64,000 bases of DNA. Source: a virus. Under the pieces are notes generated by a model. It did not search any database. It was given only the letters and a program-made list of their open reading frames with translations, and was not told where the DNA came from. This document shows, piece by piece, positions 8,179 through 17,075 of this stretch. The position numbers and the translations under genes were made by a program. The stretch lies in IMG/VR virus record IMGVR_UViG_3300025876_000005, positions 8,643 through 72,642 of that record. One strand, given 5' to 3'. How positions within the stretch are numbered: position 1 is the stretch's first letter; every line of letters starts with the position of its first letter.

Positions 8179-8221
8179 CAAAAAAGTTGCAAAAAAGTTT
8201 TCTAGTGTCAATCTTTTTGTT

Positions 8222-8243
8222 TATATTTACACTGTAATTAAAA
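8222..8243 (+). promoter_or_regulatory. Putative early promoter, copy 3 (TATATTTACACTGTAATTAAAA)
   Basis: Same 22-nt motif, ending 10 nt upstream of ATG 8254. Confidence 0.65.
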
Positions 8244-8253
8244 CAAAGCAATT

Positions 8254-8517
8254 ATGACACCATTTTGGAACGATAACGGAACAATGCAATTCTTCGAGGT
8301 TGGACAATTCGACTGGCAAAAGGATAACAAGGCGTTTGTACAAGAAGCAAGTATGCTTGGCATTGGAACTCCAGCAACGACCCTGATAATTAAGAACCCT
8401 AAGACTGGTAATCTCAAGAGTTTTAAGATGTGTGGTATCGATCGCGATGCTGAAGAAATCTACGGCTGGCGATATAAAACTAACGATGGTCTCAAAGCGC
8501 TTATTATTAACGACTAA
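8254..8517 (+). CDS. Small hypothetical early protein
   Basis: ORF directly after the promoter motif. Confidence 0.75.
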   Translation: MTPFWNDNGTMQFFEVGQFDWQKDNKAFVQEASMLGIGTPATTLIIKNPKTGNLKSFKMCGIDRDAEEIYGWRYKTNDGLKALIIND

Positions 8518-8521
8518 AATT

Positions 8522-8932
8522 ATGAACATGGAATATACATTTAACGCAAACGAAGTCCACTGTAATGGTGTTGGTGGATATGGTTACCAAGCAGCTCTAA
8601 AATCAAAAGATCTAATCGAGTCTACCATCTTAAAGGTCCGCTTAGATCTTGGTCTTAATGAAATCTGGAGTAGAATTATTGCAGCAGACCCTAACGGTGA
8701 CTATCACCAAGGCAGTCGCTTTAACCATCTTGATAATATAGTTTCTCGACTAACAACAGGTCTTGGCAATTGGGCCTGGAATAAGTTTGAGAACGAAGAG
8801 CTTGTTGAGATGAATATTAAGCACATTCTTGAAACTATCACTAAAGAAGATGCTATAACTATCGTGGTCGACGCGCATCGTGATTGCGCTGGTGCAGACC
8901 ACTGGTACACATTCGAAAAAGACTGGGGCTAA
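8522..8932 (+). CDS. Hypothetical protein
   Basis: ATG 8522 follows the previous stop; C-terminal DHWYTFEKDWG. Confidence 0.7.
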   Translation: MNMEYTFNANEVHCNGVGGYGYQAALKSKDLIESTILKVRLDLGLNEIWSRIIAADPNGDYHQGSRFNHLDNIVSRLTTGLGNWAWNKFENEELVEMNIKHILETITKEDAITIVVDAHRDCAGADHWYTFEKDWG

Positions 8933-8933
8933 G

Positions 8934-9134
8934 ATGCAACACATTATTTACTACTTACTTGGAGGAATCCTGTTCAACTTTATCTACGACTTGCTTGTAG
9001 ATAAGTTGGGCAATAAGGCTCTACGCTTTACAATGAAAGAGCGGATTGCAGTCGGTCTAATCTGGCCAATCTATACTATTATGTTTATACGAAACCTTTT
9101 CATACACCTCTTTAAAAATAACCAAGATGACTAA
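8934..9134 (+). CDS. Small two-TM membrane protein
   Basis: Hydrophobic IIYYLLGGILFNFIY and IAVGLIWPIYTIMFI segments. Confidence 0.65.
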   Translation: MQHIIYYLLGGILFNFIYDLLVDKLGNKALRFTMKERIAVGLIWPIYTIMFIRNLFIHLFKNNQDD

Positions 9135-10044
9135 TTTAGGCTACTGCTGTATCAATATTGAACTACGCAAAGACAAGATCACTACCAATCGTGGTATGAT
9201 TAAACGCACCTTTCAAGAAAAGGGCATTGCATACGCATCAGAACTAACCTTAAACAACATCCGAGATCTAATTGAGATCATCAAGTGGAACCATAAGAAC
9301 GGCATTACGCTTTACCGTATGTCCAGCGACATCTTTCCATGGATGAGTGAATACGAACTCAAAGACTTACCAGACTATAAGAAGATCTCAATCCTACTCA
9401 ACGGTGTGGGTCATCTGGCAAAGAAATACGGTCAACGCCTGACCTTTCACCCTGGTCATTTCAACGTGCTTGCTAGCACAAATCAGGCTGTAGTTGACAA
9501 GACTATTAGAGAATTAGACCAACATGCTGAGATCATGGATCTTATGGGTTTACCAGAGACTCATTACGCTGCAATCAACATTCATGTTAATACAACTCAA
9601 GGTGGCAAGCAAGAATGTCTGGCTAGATTCAGACAGAACTTTAAATTGCTTAAACCGACTACACAAGCACGTCTTGTTGTAGAGAACGACGACAAGCGGT
9701 CTCAGTACGCAGTAGAGGACCTCTATGACGGTCTTTACACTCACCTTAATATACCAATCACTTTTGACTATCATCATCACTGGTGCCATCCAGGCCATTT
9801 AGATCAAGAAGCAGCGCTCCGACTTGCTAGTAAGACTTGGCACAGATCAATCAAACAACTTTGCCATTACTCTTCAGCTAAATGCGTTTACGAAGATGAA
9901 AGTGTAATGAACCGCGCACATGCCGATTACATCTATGATCCGATTGACGACTACGGCCTAGACCTTGACATTGAGATAGAAGCCAAGGCTAAAGAGAAGG
10001 CAGTGCAACGTTATCTGAAACAATACACATTAGAACTCGTATAA
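9127..10044 (+). CDS. uvsE: UV DNA damage endonuclease (UvsE/UVDE)
   Basis: LGYCCIN, YRMSSDIFP, RLTFHPGHFNVL, LVVENDD, TFDYHHH, HYS, HADY, IEAKAKE. Confidence 0.92.
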   Translation: MTNLGYCCINIELRKDKITTNRGMIKRTFQEKGIAYASELTLNNIRDLIEIIKWNHKNGITLYRMSSDIFPWMSEYELKDLPDYKKISILLNGVGHLAKKYGQRLTFHPGHFNVLASTNQAVVDKTIRELDQHAEIMDLMGLPETHYAAINIHVNTTQGGKQECLARFRQNFKLLKPTTQARLVVENDDKRSQYAVEDLYDGLYTHLNIPITFDYHHHWCHPGHLDQEAALRLASKTWHRSIKQLCHYSSAKCVYEDESVMNRAHADYIYDPIDDYGLDLDIEIEAKAKEKAVQRYLKQYTLELV

Positions 10045-10045
10045 G
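10016..10045 (+). promoter_or_regulatory. Putative middle-class promoter (T/G)AAAC-N17/18-TATAA
   Basis: TGAAAC 10016-10021 and TATAAG 10040-10045; similar at 14576, 17014, 56229 and 56463. Confidence 0.5.
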
Positions 10046-10058
10046 CATTAAAATATTT

Positions 10059-10286
10059 ATGAAAAACATTTTATCTAAATTGGCTAGTGGTTTTAGAGCA
10101 TTCCTTAGAATCTGCTCTAAATACCAAATGTCTATTCAGTCAACTATCTTTTGGATTGTTGCTATCATGAACATTGGTTCTGATAGATTTTGGTTATTTG
10201 CTATTCCAGCTATTATTTTTAGCGGACTAGGAGAGATTATTGGAGAACTACGTAAATCAAATACAGAGCAAAATGGCAAATCTTAA
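10059..10286 (+). CDS. Small membrane protein
   Basis: Two hydrophobic segments. Confidence 0.6.
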   Translation: MKNILSKLASGFRAFLRICSKYQMSIQSTIFWIVAIMNIGSDRFWLFAIPAIIFSGLGEIIGELRKSNTEQNGKS

Positions 10287-10515
10287 ATTACAAGCACTTA
10301 AAGCGCGCTATCAAGCTAGAAAGCTTGAAGCATTAGCTGAACTAGAAAACTATATGTCAAATTCGGCTGGGATCGGGGAGCACCCGCACATTGTTGACGA
10401 AATGGACAAATTGGTATCTGCAATCGCAGATGCAGATGGTTGCATGCAGGTTCTAGATGAGGTATTCACATCGTCACCTGAAGGCAACACCCAGACAAAT
10501 GCCGTGAATAGTTGA
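10273..10515 (+). CDS. Small phage hypothetical protein (GIGEHPHIVDEMDK)
   Basis: GIGEH motif recurrent in T4-like aquatic phages; start re-assigned to ATG 10273. Confidence 0.75.
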   Translation: MANLKLQALKARYQARKLEALAELENYMSNSAGIGEHPHIVDEMDKLVSAIADADGCMQVLDEVFTSSPEGNTQTNAVNS

Positions 10516-10538
10516 TTAGGCCTTAGTTTAGCTTTAGC

Positions 10539-10568
10539 AGAGGAGTCACGTTGTGGCTCCTCTTTTTT
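10539..10568 (+). terminator. Rho-independent terminator
   Basis: AGAGGAGTCAC-GTT-GTGGCTCCTCT followed by a T run. Confidence 0.8.
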
Positions 10569-10582
10569 ATGATATATAAACC

Positions 10583-11305
10583 ATGAGGCATATAGAGACT
10601 TATAATGATTTTATCAACGAAGGCAGAAGCAAGTACGATGGCTTAGCCAATAAACTCGTGAGCCAAAACTTTAAGAAGTGGATTAAAGACTGGAAGAGTG
10701 GCAAGAAGCTATCGACCTTTATGCTAAGCGTTGAAGAGCGTGGACTAATCTTTGATCTTACTTCAACGATCTACTTTGGTGACGTTGAAGGTCAGCAGAT
10801 AAAAGGCTTTGAAGTCTTAGATTCAACTGGCGCTGACGGTAGAGATGAGTATTACGATGATGAAGGCGATCTAGTGGATCAGGATCCTTATATCTTAATT
10901 GACTTTGCAATCAACGATGAGTGGCTGCCTGGCGAATGGCAAACGGTCTATATGCACCTTGCCGACGTAATGCGCCACGAGATGGAACATATTACCCAAG
11001 ACGGTAAAAGTGTCGGAAACTACAGAATGGGCAAACCAGATGAAGATGACTCTGAAATGCGAGCCTTGATTAAAATGGGCTTCTTACCAAAGTATCATTA
11101 CTTGATGCTACCAAAAGAAGTAGATGCTAATCTACAAGGCTTAAGGTATGAGGCTAAGAAACGTAAAGAGTCGATTGCAGATGCTATTAACAGATATTTA
11201 GACGTTCAACAAGAACAAGATGTGATAGATAATGAAACAAGAGCTGAAGTTTTAGACCTTTGGCGCAGAAGAGCACAAAAAATAGGTGGCATTGGTAAAT
11301 TCTAA
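10583..11305 (+). CDS. Putative zincin-like HExxH metallopeptidase with MRHIETYNDFINE leader
   Basis: RHEMEH motif and downstream Y..LPKEVDA (possible third ligand E). Confidence 0.6.
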   Translation: MRHIETYNDFINEGRSKYDGLANKLVSQNFKKWIKDWKSGKKLSTFMLSVEERGLIFDLTSTIYFGDVEGQQIKGFEVLDSTGADGRDEYYDDEGDLVDQDPYILIDFAINDEWLPGEWQTVYMHLADVMRHEMEHITQDGKSVGNYRMGKPDEDDSEMRALIKMGFLPKYHYLMLPKEVDANLQGLRYEAKKRKESIADAINRYLDVQQEQDVIDNETRAEVLDLWRRRAQKIGGIGKF

Positions 11306-12225
11306 TGAAGATCAATACAACATATAATGATTTCTTAAACGAGAAGAAGAACAAGAAGAATTCAATTAAGTCTAAGGTCAAGAAGATTGACAAGAAGATT
11401 AAGAAGACTGTTGGCAAACAAGAAGATTTAGTTAAAACAGCCAAAGAGCTTGCTGATTCTCCGGAACCTTCTGATAAGATGAAGGCTTCACTAGCTAAGG
11501 TGCAACTACGTCAGTCTTCAGCAAAGGCACAAGAATTGGTTATGCGCAAAGAGGCTGAAATCTTAAAGAATAAAATTAAGGCTGCTAAGAAAAAAGAAAG
11601 AGCAACCAACGAAGATATGAAATTTGTAAAGCTCTTTGAAGAATTTGTTACCGAGAAGAAGCCGAAAGGCGCACCGGACTTTCATCACTCAGATGCACCG
11701 GATGCTGAAGGTCGCTTCAGAGATCTTTCTATTAAGGATCTAGCTGCTTGGCTAATTAAGACTCGCAAGAAGGATGTTAAGAAGATTAGTGGTTCATTAA
11801 CTCAACAATACGTCTTTAATCGCAACGACGATCCAGACTACGCTGAGAAGATGCAGAAGACTCGCAAAGAGGTTTATAAGCAACTTGGTAGAGAAGATCT
11901 AATTGACAAGATGGATGAGTCTTTAAATGAGTCAAATTATTATCCAGGTTTTGATGGTGTTAAGATTACCGGCTACGTTGAAGGCGATAAGGCTAAGTTA
12001 AACCACATTGAAGTTAAAGCTGCACAAAGAGGTGGTGGAATTGGCTCAAAGGCGGTTGCTGACTTTGAAAGATGGGCTAAAGAACAAGGTGCTAAATATG
12101 TAGAGATTGATGCATATAAGAAATCAATCAAGTTTTGGGAGAAGATGGGCTATGAACTAGAGAAAGAGTTTCCAGTGATGTATGGACATAAACAAGATTA
12201 CAAAACTGGAATAAAAGAACTATGA
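11305..12225 (+). CDS. Modular protein: Lys-rich N-module, central module (internal MKFVKLFEEF) and C-terminal GNAT acetyltransferase
   Basis: GNAT motif A QRGGGIGS and motif B SIKFWEKMGY after an ESLNES linker. Confidence 0.75.
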   Translation: MKINTTYNDFLNEKKNKKNSIKSKVKKIDKKIKKTVGKQEDLVKTAKELADSPEPSDKMKASLAKVQLRQSSAKAQELVMRKEAEILKNKIKAAKKKERATNEDMKFVKLFEEFVTEKKPKGAPDFHHSDAPDAEGRFRDLSIKDLAAWLIKTRKKDVKKISGSLTQQYVFNRNDDPDYAEKMQKTRKEVYKQLGREDLIDKMDESLNESNYYPGFDGVKITGYVEGDKAKLNHIEVKAAQRGGGIGSKAVADFERWAKEQGAKYVEIDAYKKSIKFWEKMGYELEKEFPVMYGHKQDYKTGIKEL

Positions 12226-12761
12226 AATTTATAAAGACATTTGAGGATTGGAATAATGTATCGCCAGAACTAAAGGCTCACATCGATGAGGACCTTGACT
12301 TAACCAATTCATTCTTTAGACTGGGCAGTGAGGCCTATGCTAAACTTTTTGAAGAGGTAAAAGAGTACTGGGATAAAGGCAACATCATTCTTAAAGGTCC
12401 AAGCGGTTGGATGGCTAAAAACCTTGAAGTTGGTAAGCCAGCAGTCTATAAAGAACGTGGCGGTAAGGCCAAGAAGGTTAAACTGGATTCACCAGAACGT
12501 GGTGGCAATAAGAAGTTTATTGTCTATCGTAACACTGGTCGAACTGATGAAGACGGTAATATTCTAGCTAAGAAGATTGAATGGGGAGACCCGAAACTTG
12601 CAGTTAAGAATGATGACCCTGGGGCAGCGGCTTCATTCTGGGCAAGACATAAATGTGACACTAAAGCTAAACAAGATCCTAATAAAGCCGGCTTCTGGGC
12701 TTGTTATGGGCCAACACTTTTTGGCAAACAACTAGGGCTTAAATCAGATCAACCATGGTAA
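12222..12761 (+). CDS. Phage hypothetical protein (SFWARHKC...KAGFWAC) with MKFIKTFEDW leader
   Basis: Motif recurrent in aquatic phage proteins; function unknown. Confidence 0.7.
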   Translation: MKFIKTFEDWNNVSPELKAHIDEDLDLTNSFFRLGSEAYAKLFEEVKEYWDKGNIILKGPSGWMAKNLEVGKPAVYKERGGKAKKVKLDSPERGGNKKFIVYRNTGRTDEDGNILAKKIEWGDPKLAVKNDDPGAAASFWARHKCDTKAKQDPNKAGFWACYGPTLFGKQLGLKSDQPW

Positions 12762-13060
12762 CGCACGAAGAAATGATAGAGATGATTGAAGACCAGCGTA
12801 AACCCTTTACTGAAGAGCGCTACGATGGTTATATCATGCGTCATTTTGATTCAAGCTACCCGGAACACTTATTCAAATGGCACTGGGATGAAGAGGACCG
12901 AACAATAGAGGTTCTTGAAGACAATGACTGGCGCTTTCAGTATGACAATGAAATGCCAATTCCAATGCTAACAGGTGTGGATATTAATATCCCAGCTGGA
13001 ACTATCCACAGAGTAATCAAAGGCACAGCTGTGTTAAGCGTAAAAATATTATTTGATTAG
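12755..13060 (+). CDS. Cupin-like small protein
   Basis: WHWDEEDR ... IPAGTIHRV cupin-type His motifs. Confidence 0.6.
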   Translation: MVTHEEMIEMIEDQRKPFTEERYDGYIMRHFDSSYPEHLFKWHWDEEDRTIEVLEDNDWRFQYDNEMPIPMLTGVDINIPAGTIHRVIKGTAVLSVKILFD

Positions 13061-13102
13061 CAAGATATATAAAACCTAAGCACAAAAATAAAACTAAAGA
13101 AA

Positions 13103-13687
13103 ATGGCTAGAAAAATTTTATCATTTGAGGAGTACTCAAAGAAAGTAAACGCACCAGACGTTAGTGAAGAAGAAACTGACGAGGTGGCAACTGAAGACAG
13201 AGCTGAAGAGATCGAGGACGATGGCATAGAGACGGCTAACGAAGAAGATGAAGACGAGTCTGAAGAACTAGAAGGCGAAGAGTCTGATGAGGACGAGGAT
13301 GAAGACGAGGATGAAGACGACGACGATGATGAGGACGAGGATGAAGACGAGGATGAGGATGAAGACTCTGAAGAGGAGTCTGAAGAAGTTAAGTTAGCAT
13401 CTGAAATGTTAAAAGAAGTCTACGAATCTGCGTGTAACGAAGCTAAAGCATATGAAGGTGATGATTACCAAGAACATACCGTAGAATCTTACATGAAAGA
13501 GATGGCAGCTCTTAATGCTGGCATGATGGCTGAAATGTATGAGTCTGCGTGTGAAGGTGTTAAAGAAGGTGAAATGACTGTTGAAATGTACGAAGCATCA
13601 TGTAACGAGATGAAAGAAGCCTATGCTAAGAAGATGGATGAAATGATGGAAGCGTGGTCGGCTGATGCACCTGCTACTGAAGACTAA
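13103..13687 (+). CDS. Highly acidic protein with a poly-D/E tract and three E(V/M)YE(S/A)(A/S)C repeats; possible scaffold/core protein
   Basis: Composition; MARKILSFEEY leader; GATATATA upstream. Confidence 0.7.
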   Translation: MARKILSFEEYSKKVNAPDVSEEETDEVATEDRAEEIEDDGIETANEEDEDESEELEGEESDEDEDEDEDEDDDDDEDEDEDEDEDEDSEEESEEVKLASEMLKEVYESACNEAKAYEGDDYQEHTVESYMKEMAALNAGMMAEMYESACEGVKEGEMTVEMYEASCNEMKEAYAKKMDEMMEAWSADAPATED

Positions 13688-13709
13688 ACTAAATAAAAAT
13701 AAATTAAGA

Positions 13710-14468
13710 ATGGCTAAAATATTTTACGTAACAGAAAGAACGCCAGATTATGCTCAGGTGAATTTCTTTAAGACAGAAAAAGAGGCTTTGGAATATGGTA
13801 TCTCTGAATTACCACAATTCGACATGTATGACGAACCAACGAACGATGAAGAGGCTGATGGTGAAGAATGGTACCAAGGAGACTCTCTAACATTTAAAAA
13901 AGGAATCTTATTTTCATTTGAAGGTGGCGAGGTCTACGTTCAAGCAATGGAAGAAGACGCAGCTAGAGAATATGTTGAAGAGCTTGGTGAAGAAGGTGGA
14001 GCTATTTTCTTTGATGGCTTTAGCAGAGGAATGTATGGTTATCTAGGCACAGCAGCTGACGGTAAAGGTTTCAAATGGGACTGGGATGGCTACGATCTTA
14101 ATGAGTCAAAAAATGAAATACATAAAATGAAATACACAAAAACATTTGAATCATTTGTAAATGGTTCTACAAAAGAGCTTAACGAAAAAGTAAACGCATC
14201 AGGTTACATTAAAGCTGGTAAATTAGGTTATAACGATCAATTCCTAGGAAGACAATCACTTTCTAAAACATTATCATTAGATTTAGGTTTTGATAAAAAG
14301 AACGAATTTGGTGGTGGAGATTGGATTGGATTCGATCACGTATCAATGTACGCTTCTGGTAAAAAGGGTGGAACTATAATAGATGACGCACTAACCGGTA
14401 AATATACATATGATGAGTTAAAGGCAGCAGCTGCTAAACACTTTGGCATTAGCGAATCAGGTAGTTAA
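13710..14468 (+). CDS. Two-module hypothetical protein (internal MKYTKTFESF leader at 14127)
   Basis: Start re-assigned to ATG 13710; LNES/LNE linkers. Confidence 0.7.
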   Translation: MAKIFYVTERTPDYAQVNFFKTEKEALEYGISELPQFDMYDEPTNDEEADGEEWYQGDSLTFKKGILFSFEGGEVYVQAMEEDAAREYVEELGEEGGAIFFDGFSRGMYGYLGTAADGKGFKWDWDGYDLNESKNEIHKMKYTKTFESFVNGSTKELNEKVNASGYIKAGKLGYNDQFLGRQSLSKTLSLDLGFDKKNEFGGGDWIGFDHVSMYASGKKGGTIIDDALTGKYTYDELKAAAAKHFGISESGS

Positions 14469-14562
14469 CGAAGGTCTTACTAAAAAAGATCTTAAAGATG
14501 TTTAAAAGCGTGGATATGGCGCAACATTAGATGACGGTGTTATTGAAAAGCCTGAGTACTAA
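14461..14562 (+). pseudogene. Decayed C-terminal module VVNEGLTKKDLKDV*KRGYGATLDDGVIEKPEY*
   Basis: Removing one G at ~14460 would continue the upstream ORF as ...SESVVNEG; one internal TAA. Confidence 0.45.
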
Positions 14563-14585
14563 GAACTACATACTATAAACTTTAT

Positions 14586-14617
14586 AAAGGTCATGCATAT
14601 AATGCATGACCTTTTTT
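14586..14617 (+). terminator. Terminator hairpin overlapping a TAAAC-N17-TATAAT promoter
   Basis: AAAGGTCATGCAT-ATA-ATGCATGACCTTT followed by Ts; TAAAC 14576-14580, TATAAT 14598-14603. Confidence 0.75.
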
Positions 14618-14629
14618 ATTTAAAGAAAT

Positions 14630-15142
14630 ATGCCAAGAATCGCAATTGAAAAAATATACATGCAGACAGCATACCAGTTTGCAAAGCTAAGCTATGCTAA
14701 AAGACGCAAGGTTGGCTGTGTAATTGTTAAGAACCAACAATTAATCTCATTTGGCTATAATGGTATGCCGTATGGTTTTGATAACCAATGCGAGGATGAC
14801 CATACTTTATACTATGAGGATCCAGAAGGTACTTTAGATCTAATCGAAAAAGGATATGAATGTAGTGATGGCTGCTGTACTAAAGAAGATGCTGTAACCA
14901 AGCGTGAGGTTCTACACGCAGAATCAAATGCTATTATGAAGGTTGCTAAGTCAACTATGAATTGCGATGGTGCTGAACTTTATACTACAACTTGCCCGTG
15001 TTTTGATTGTGCAAAATTGATTATTCAAGCCGGTATCTCAAAAGTCTACTACTCAGAAGACTATCGTGATATGAGTGGTGTAGAACTACTAAAGAAAGCT
15101 AATATTGACGTTGAAGAAGTTATCTGTTGGAACGACCTATAA
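14630..15142 (+). CDS. dCMP deaminase
   Basis: VGCVIV, GYNG, HAESNAI, PCFDCAKLIIQAGI. Confidence 0.93.
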   Translation: MPRIAIEKIYMQTAYQFAKLSYAKRRKVGCVIVKNQQLISFGYNGMPYGFDNQCEDDHTLYYEDPEGTLDLIEKGYECSDGCCTKEDAVTKREVLHAESNAIMKVAKSTMNCDGAELYTTTCPCFDCAKLIIQAGISKVYYSEDYRDMSGVELLKKANIDVEEVICWNDL

Positions 15143-16857
15143 AAGACATAATAGACCATGCACTAGAAACTAAAGTTTTTGGTGAGGACTTCTCTTTCAG
15201 GAGAGGTCAGCGTGAAGTGATTGAGCAGATTGTGACTGCTTATCAAGAAGATCCAGAATCTACAGTGGTGATTGATGCACCAACTGGAACTGGTAAGTCA
15301 CTCATTGCTATGTGGAGCTCATATATCCTAAAGGAGATGGGCAAGCGTGGCTATCTAGTGACTTCAGATCTAGCACTACAAGACCAGTATGAGAAAGACT
15401 TTAAGCGCCTTAGCCTAAACTGGCCAAGTATTCGAGGTGTTGATAACTATGAGTGCTTTGTCAACAGCTTACCATTTAGTCTGGGTGACTGTAAGATGAA
15501 AGGCATGAGCTATGAACAAGCTGAACAACTCTCTTGTTATGGTCACTGTGGCTACCTACAAAACAGAAGGCGTGCGATTGAACAACCAGTTGCTCTCTTA
15601 AACTACAGCTTCTGGCTAATCCAACGTAACTACGTTCAGGCTAGAATGGATGAACAAGAGCGTGATGCTCCGTTCAAGAAGCGTGACTTTGTCTTCTTTG
15701 ATGAGGCACATAAAGTAGATGAGATTGTACAGAACCATTTTAGCGCACGTATCGACGAGTCTATTATTGACCGAGTAGTTTACCTTAACCGGTTTATTAG
15801 TCGCCATAATATACCAGCTGAAACACAAACCAAGAATAGATTACAGGCAGTTGTACATGATCTAATGACAACTAAAGGTCGCGAGCCACTCTTTAAAGCT
15901 ATTCAAGAGTTTAGAGGTATTGCTATTACATACAGAGCTGCACAAGATATTGCTAAGAAGACCGCCAAGAAGAGGTTTGGTCAGAAAACAATACCAAGTG
16001 ATTGGGCATCCGCATTCACCGCTTTCGACCGCCTGAAAGACGTCTACTGTAAGTTTGATGACTACAGTGACTTAATCAAAGATGTTGGCTTAGAAGCCAT
16101 GGTAATTGACCAGCGAGAAGATGAGGCTAGATTCACATGTGTAGAAGAGTCTAAGATGATTCAAAAGTACTTACACGAACAAGCTGGCTTTAAAGTTTTC
16201 ATGTCAGCTACAATTGGTGACCCAAGAGCATATGCAAGAATCATGGGCATTAAAGGCGCTCGCTTTATTCGTATGGACAATTCATTTAGCTTTGAAAAGT
16301 CACCAATAATTTTTGTCAACCGACATAAGCTAACCTATAGAGAGCGTGAAGCCTCACTGCCAAAGGTGGTTAAGATCCTGGATCAGATTATAAAGAAACA
16401 TAAAGGCCAGCGTGGTATTATTCACTCGGGCTCATATCAGTTTACAAACTATATCAAACAGCATTCAATGCATACCTTTAGGCTAATGGACTATGAAGGT
16501 TCAAAGGAGAAGGCTGAGATGCTTGAACTCTTTGAGCAGAAAGAAGACTCTATTATCATGGGCCCTTCACTCTTAGAAGGCCTTGACCTTAAGGATGGTA
16601 TGAGCAGATTCCAGATCTTTTTTAAAGTACCTTATCCTAGCTTAGCAGATCCACTGATTAAAGCTAAGCTCAACATATCAAACGACTGGTACAACTGGAA
16701 GACTGGTGTTTCAATTCAACAGGGTGTTGGCCGAAGCGTAAGAAGCGTAGATGACTGGGCAATTACATACGTGATTGACGCTAGTTTTATGAGTCTGATA
16801 AATAAACCAGACTTCTTCCCGCCTTCATTTAAAGAACGTATTAAGATAGTAAAATAA
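15127..16857 (+). CDS. DinG/YoaA-like SF2 DNA helicase
   Basis: Q motif RRGQ, APTGTGKS, DEAH, MSAT, EGLD, KVPYP, QGVGRSVRS; Cys cluster suggests Fe-S. Confidence 0.88.
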   Translation: MERPIKDIIDHALETKVFGEDFSFRRGQREVIEQIVTAYQEDPESTVVIDAPTGTGKSLIAMWSSYILKEMGKRGYLVTSDLALQDQYEKDFKRLSLNWPSIRGVDNYECFVNSLPFSLGDCKMKGMSYEQAEQLSCYGHCGYLQNRRRAIEQPVALLNYSFWLIQRNYVQARMDEQERDAPFKKRDFVFFDEAHKVDEIVQNHFSARIDESIIDRVVYLNRFISRHNIPAETQTKNRLQAVVHDLMTTKGREPLFKAIQEFRGIAITYRAAQDIAKKTAKKRFGQKTIPSDWASAFTAFDRLKDVYCKFDDYSDLIKDVGLEAMVIDQREDEARFTCVEESKMIQKYLHEQAGFKVFMSATIGDPRAYARIMGIKGARFIRMDNSFSFEKSPIIFVNRHKLTYREREASLPKVVKILDQIIKKHKGQRGIIHSGSYQFTNYIKQHSMHTFRLMDYEGSKEKAEMLELFEQKEDSIIMGPSLLEGLDLKDGMSRFQIFFKVPYPSLADPLIKAKLNISNDWYNWKTGVSIQQGVGRSVRSVDDWAITYVIDASFMSLINKPDFFPPSFKERIKIVK

Positions 16858-16864
16858 TATAATT

Positions 16865-17074
16865 ATGGGATTTAACAAATTATGGGTGCCGGCAATCGAG
16901 GACCTAGAAGAGAGTAAGTGTAAGATGGGTGAACATGAGTTCGGTATGCATTGGCATAAGAGGCTGATGAAGACTGATGCAATCATTGGAGATAGCTCGT
17001 CTGTTGAGATGATTAAACAATTTGCAGAAAAGGCATATAATGTTCAGAAAGATAATCAAAAAGATAAAGAATAG
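16865..17074 (+). CDS. Small hypothetical protein (MGFNKLWVP)
   Basis: ORF in an operon context. Confidence 0.65.
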   Translation: MGFNKLWVPAIEDLEESKCKMGEHEFGMHWHKRLMKTDAIIGDSSSVEMIKQFAEKAYNVQKDNQKDKE

Positions 17075-17075
17075 T

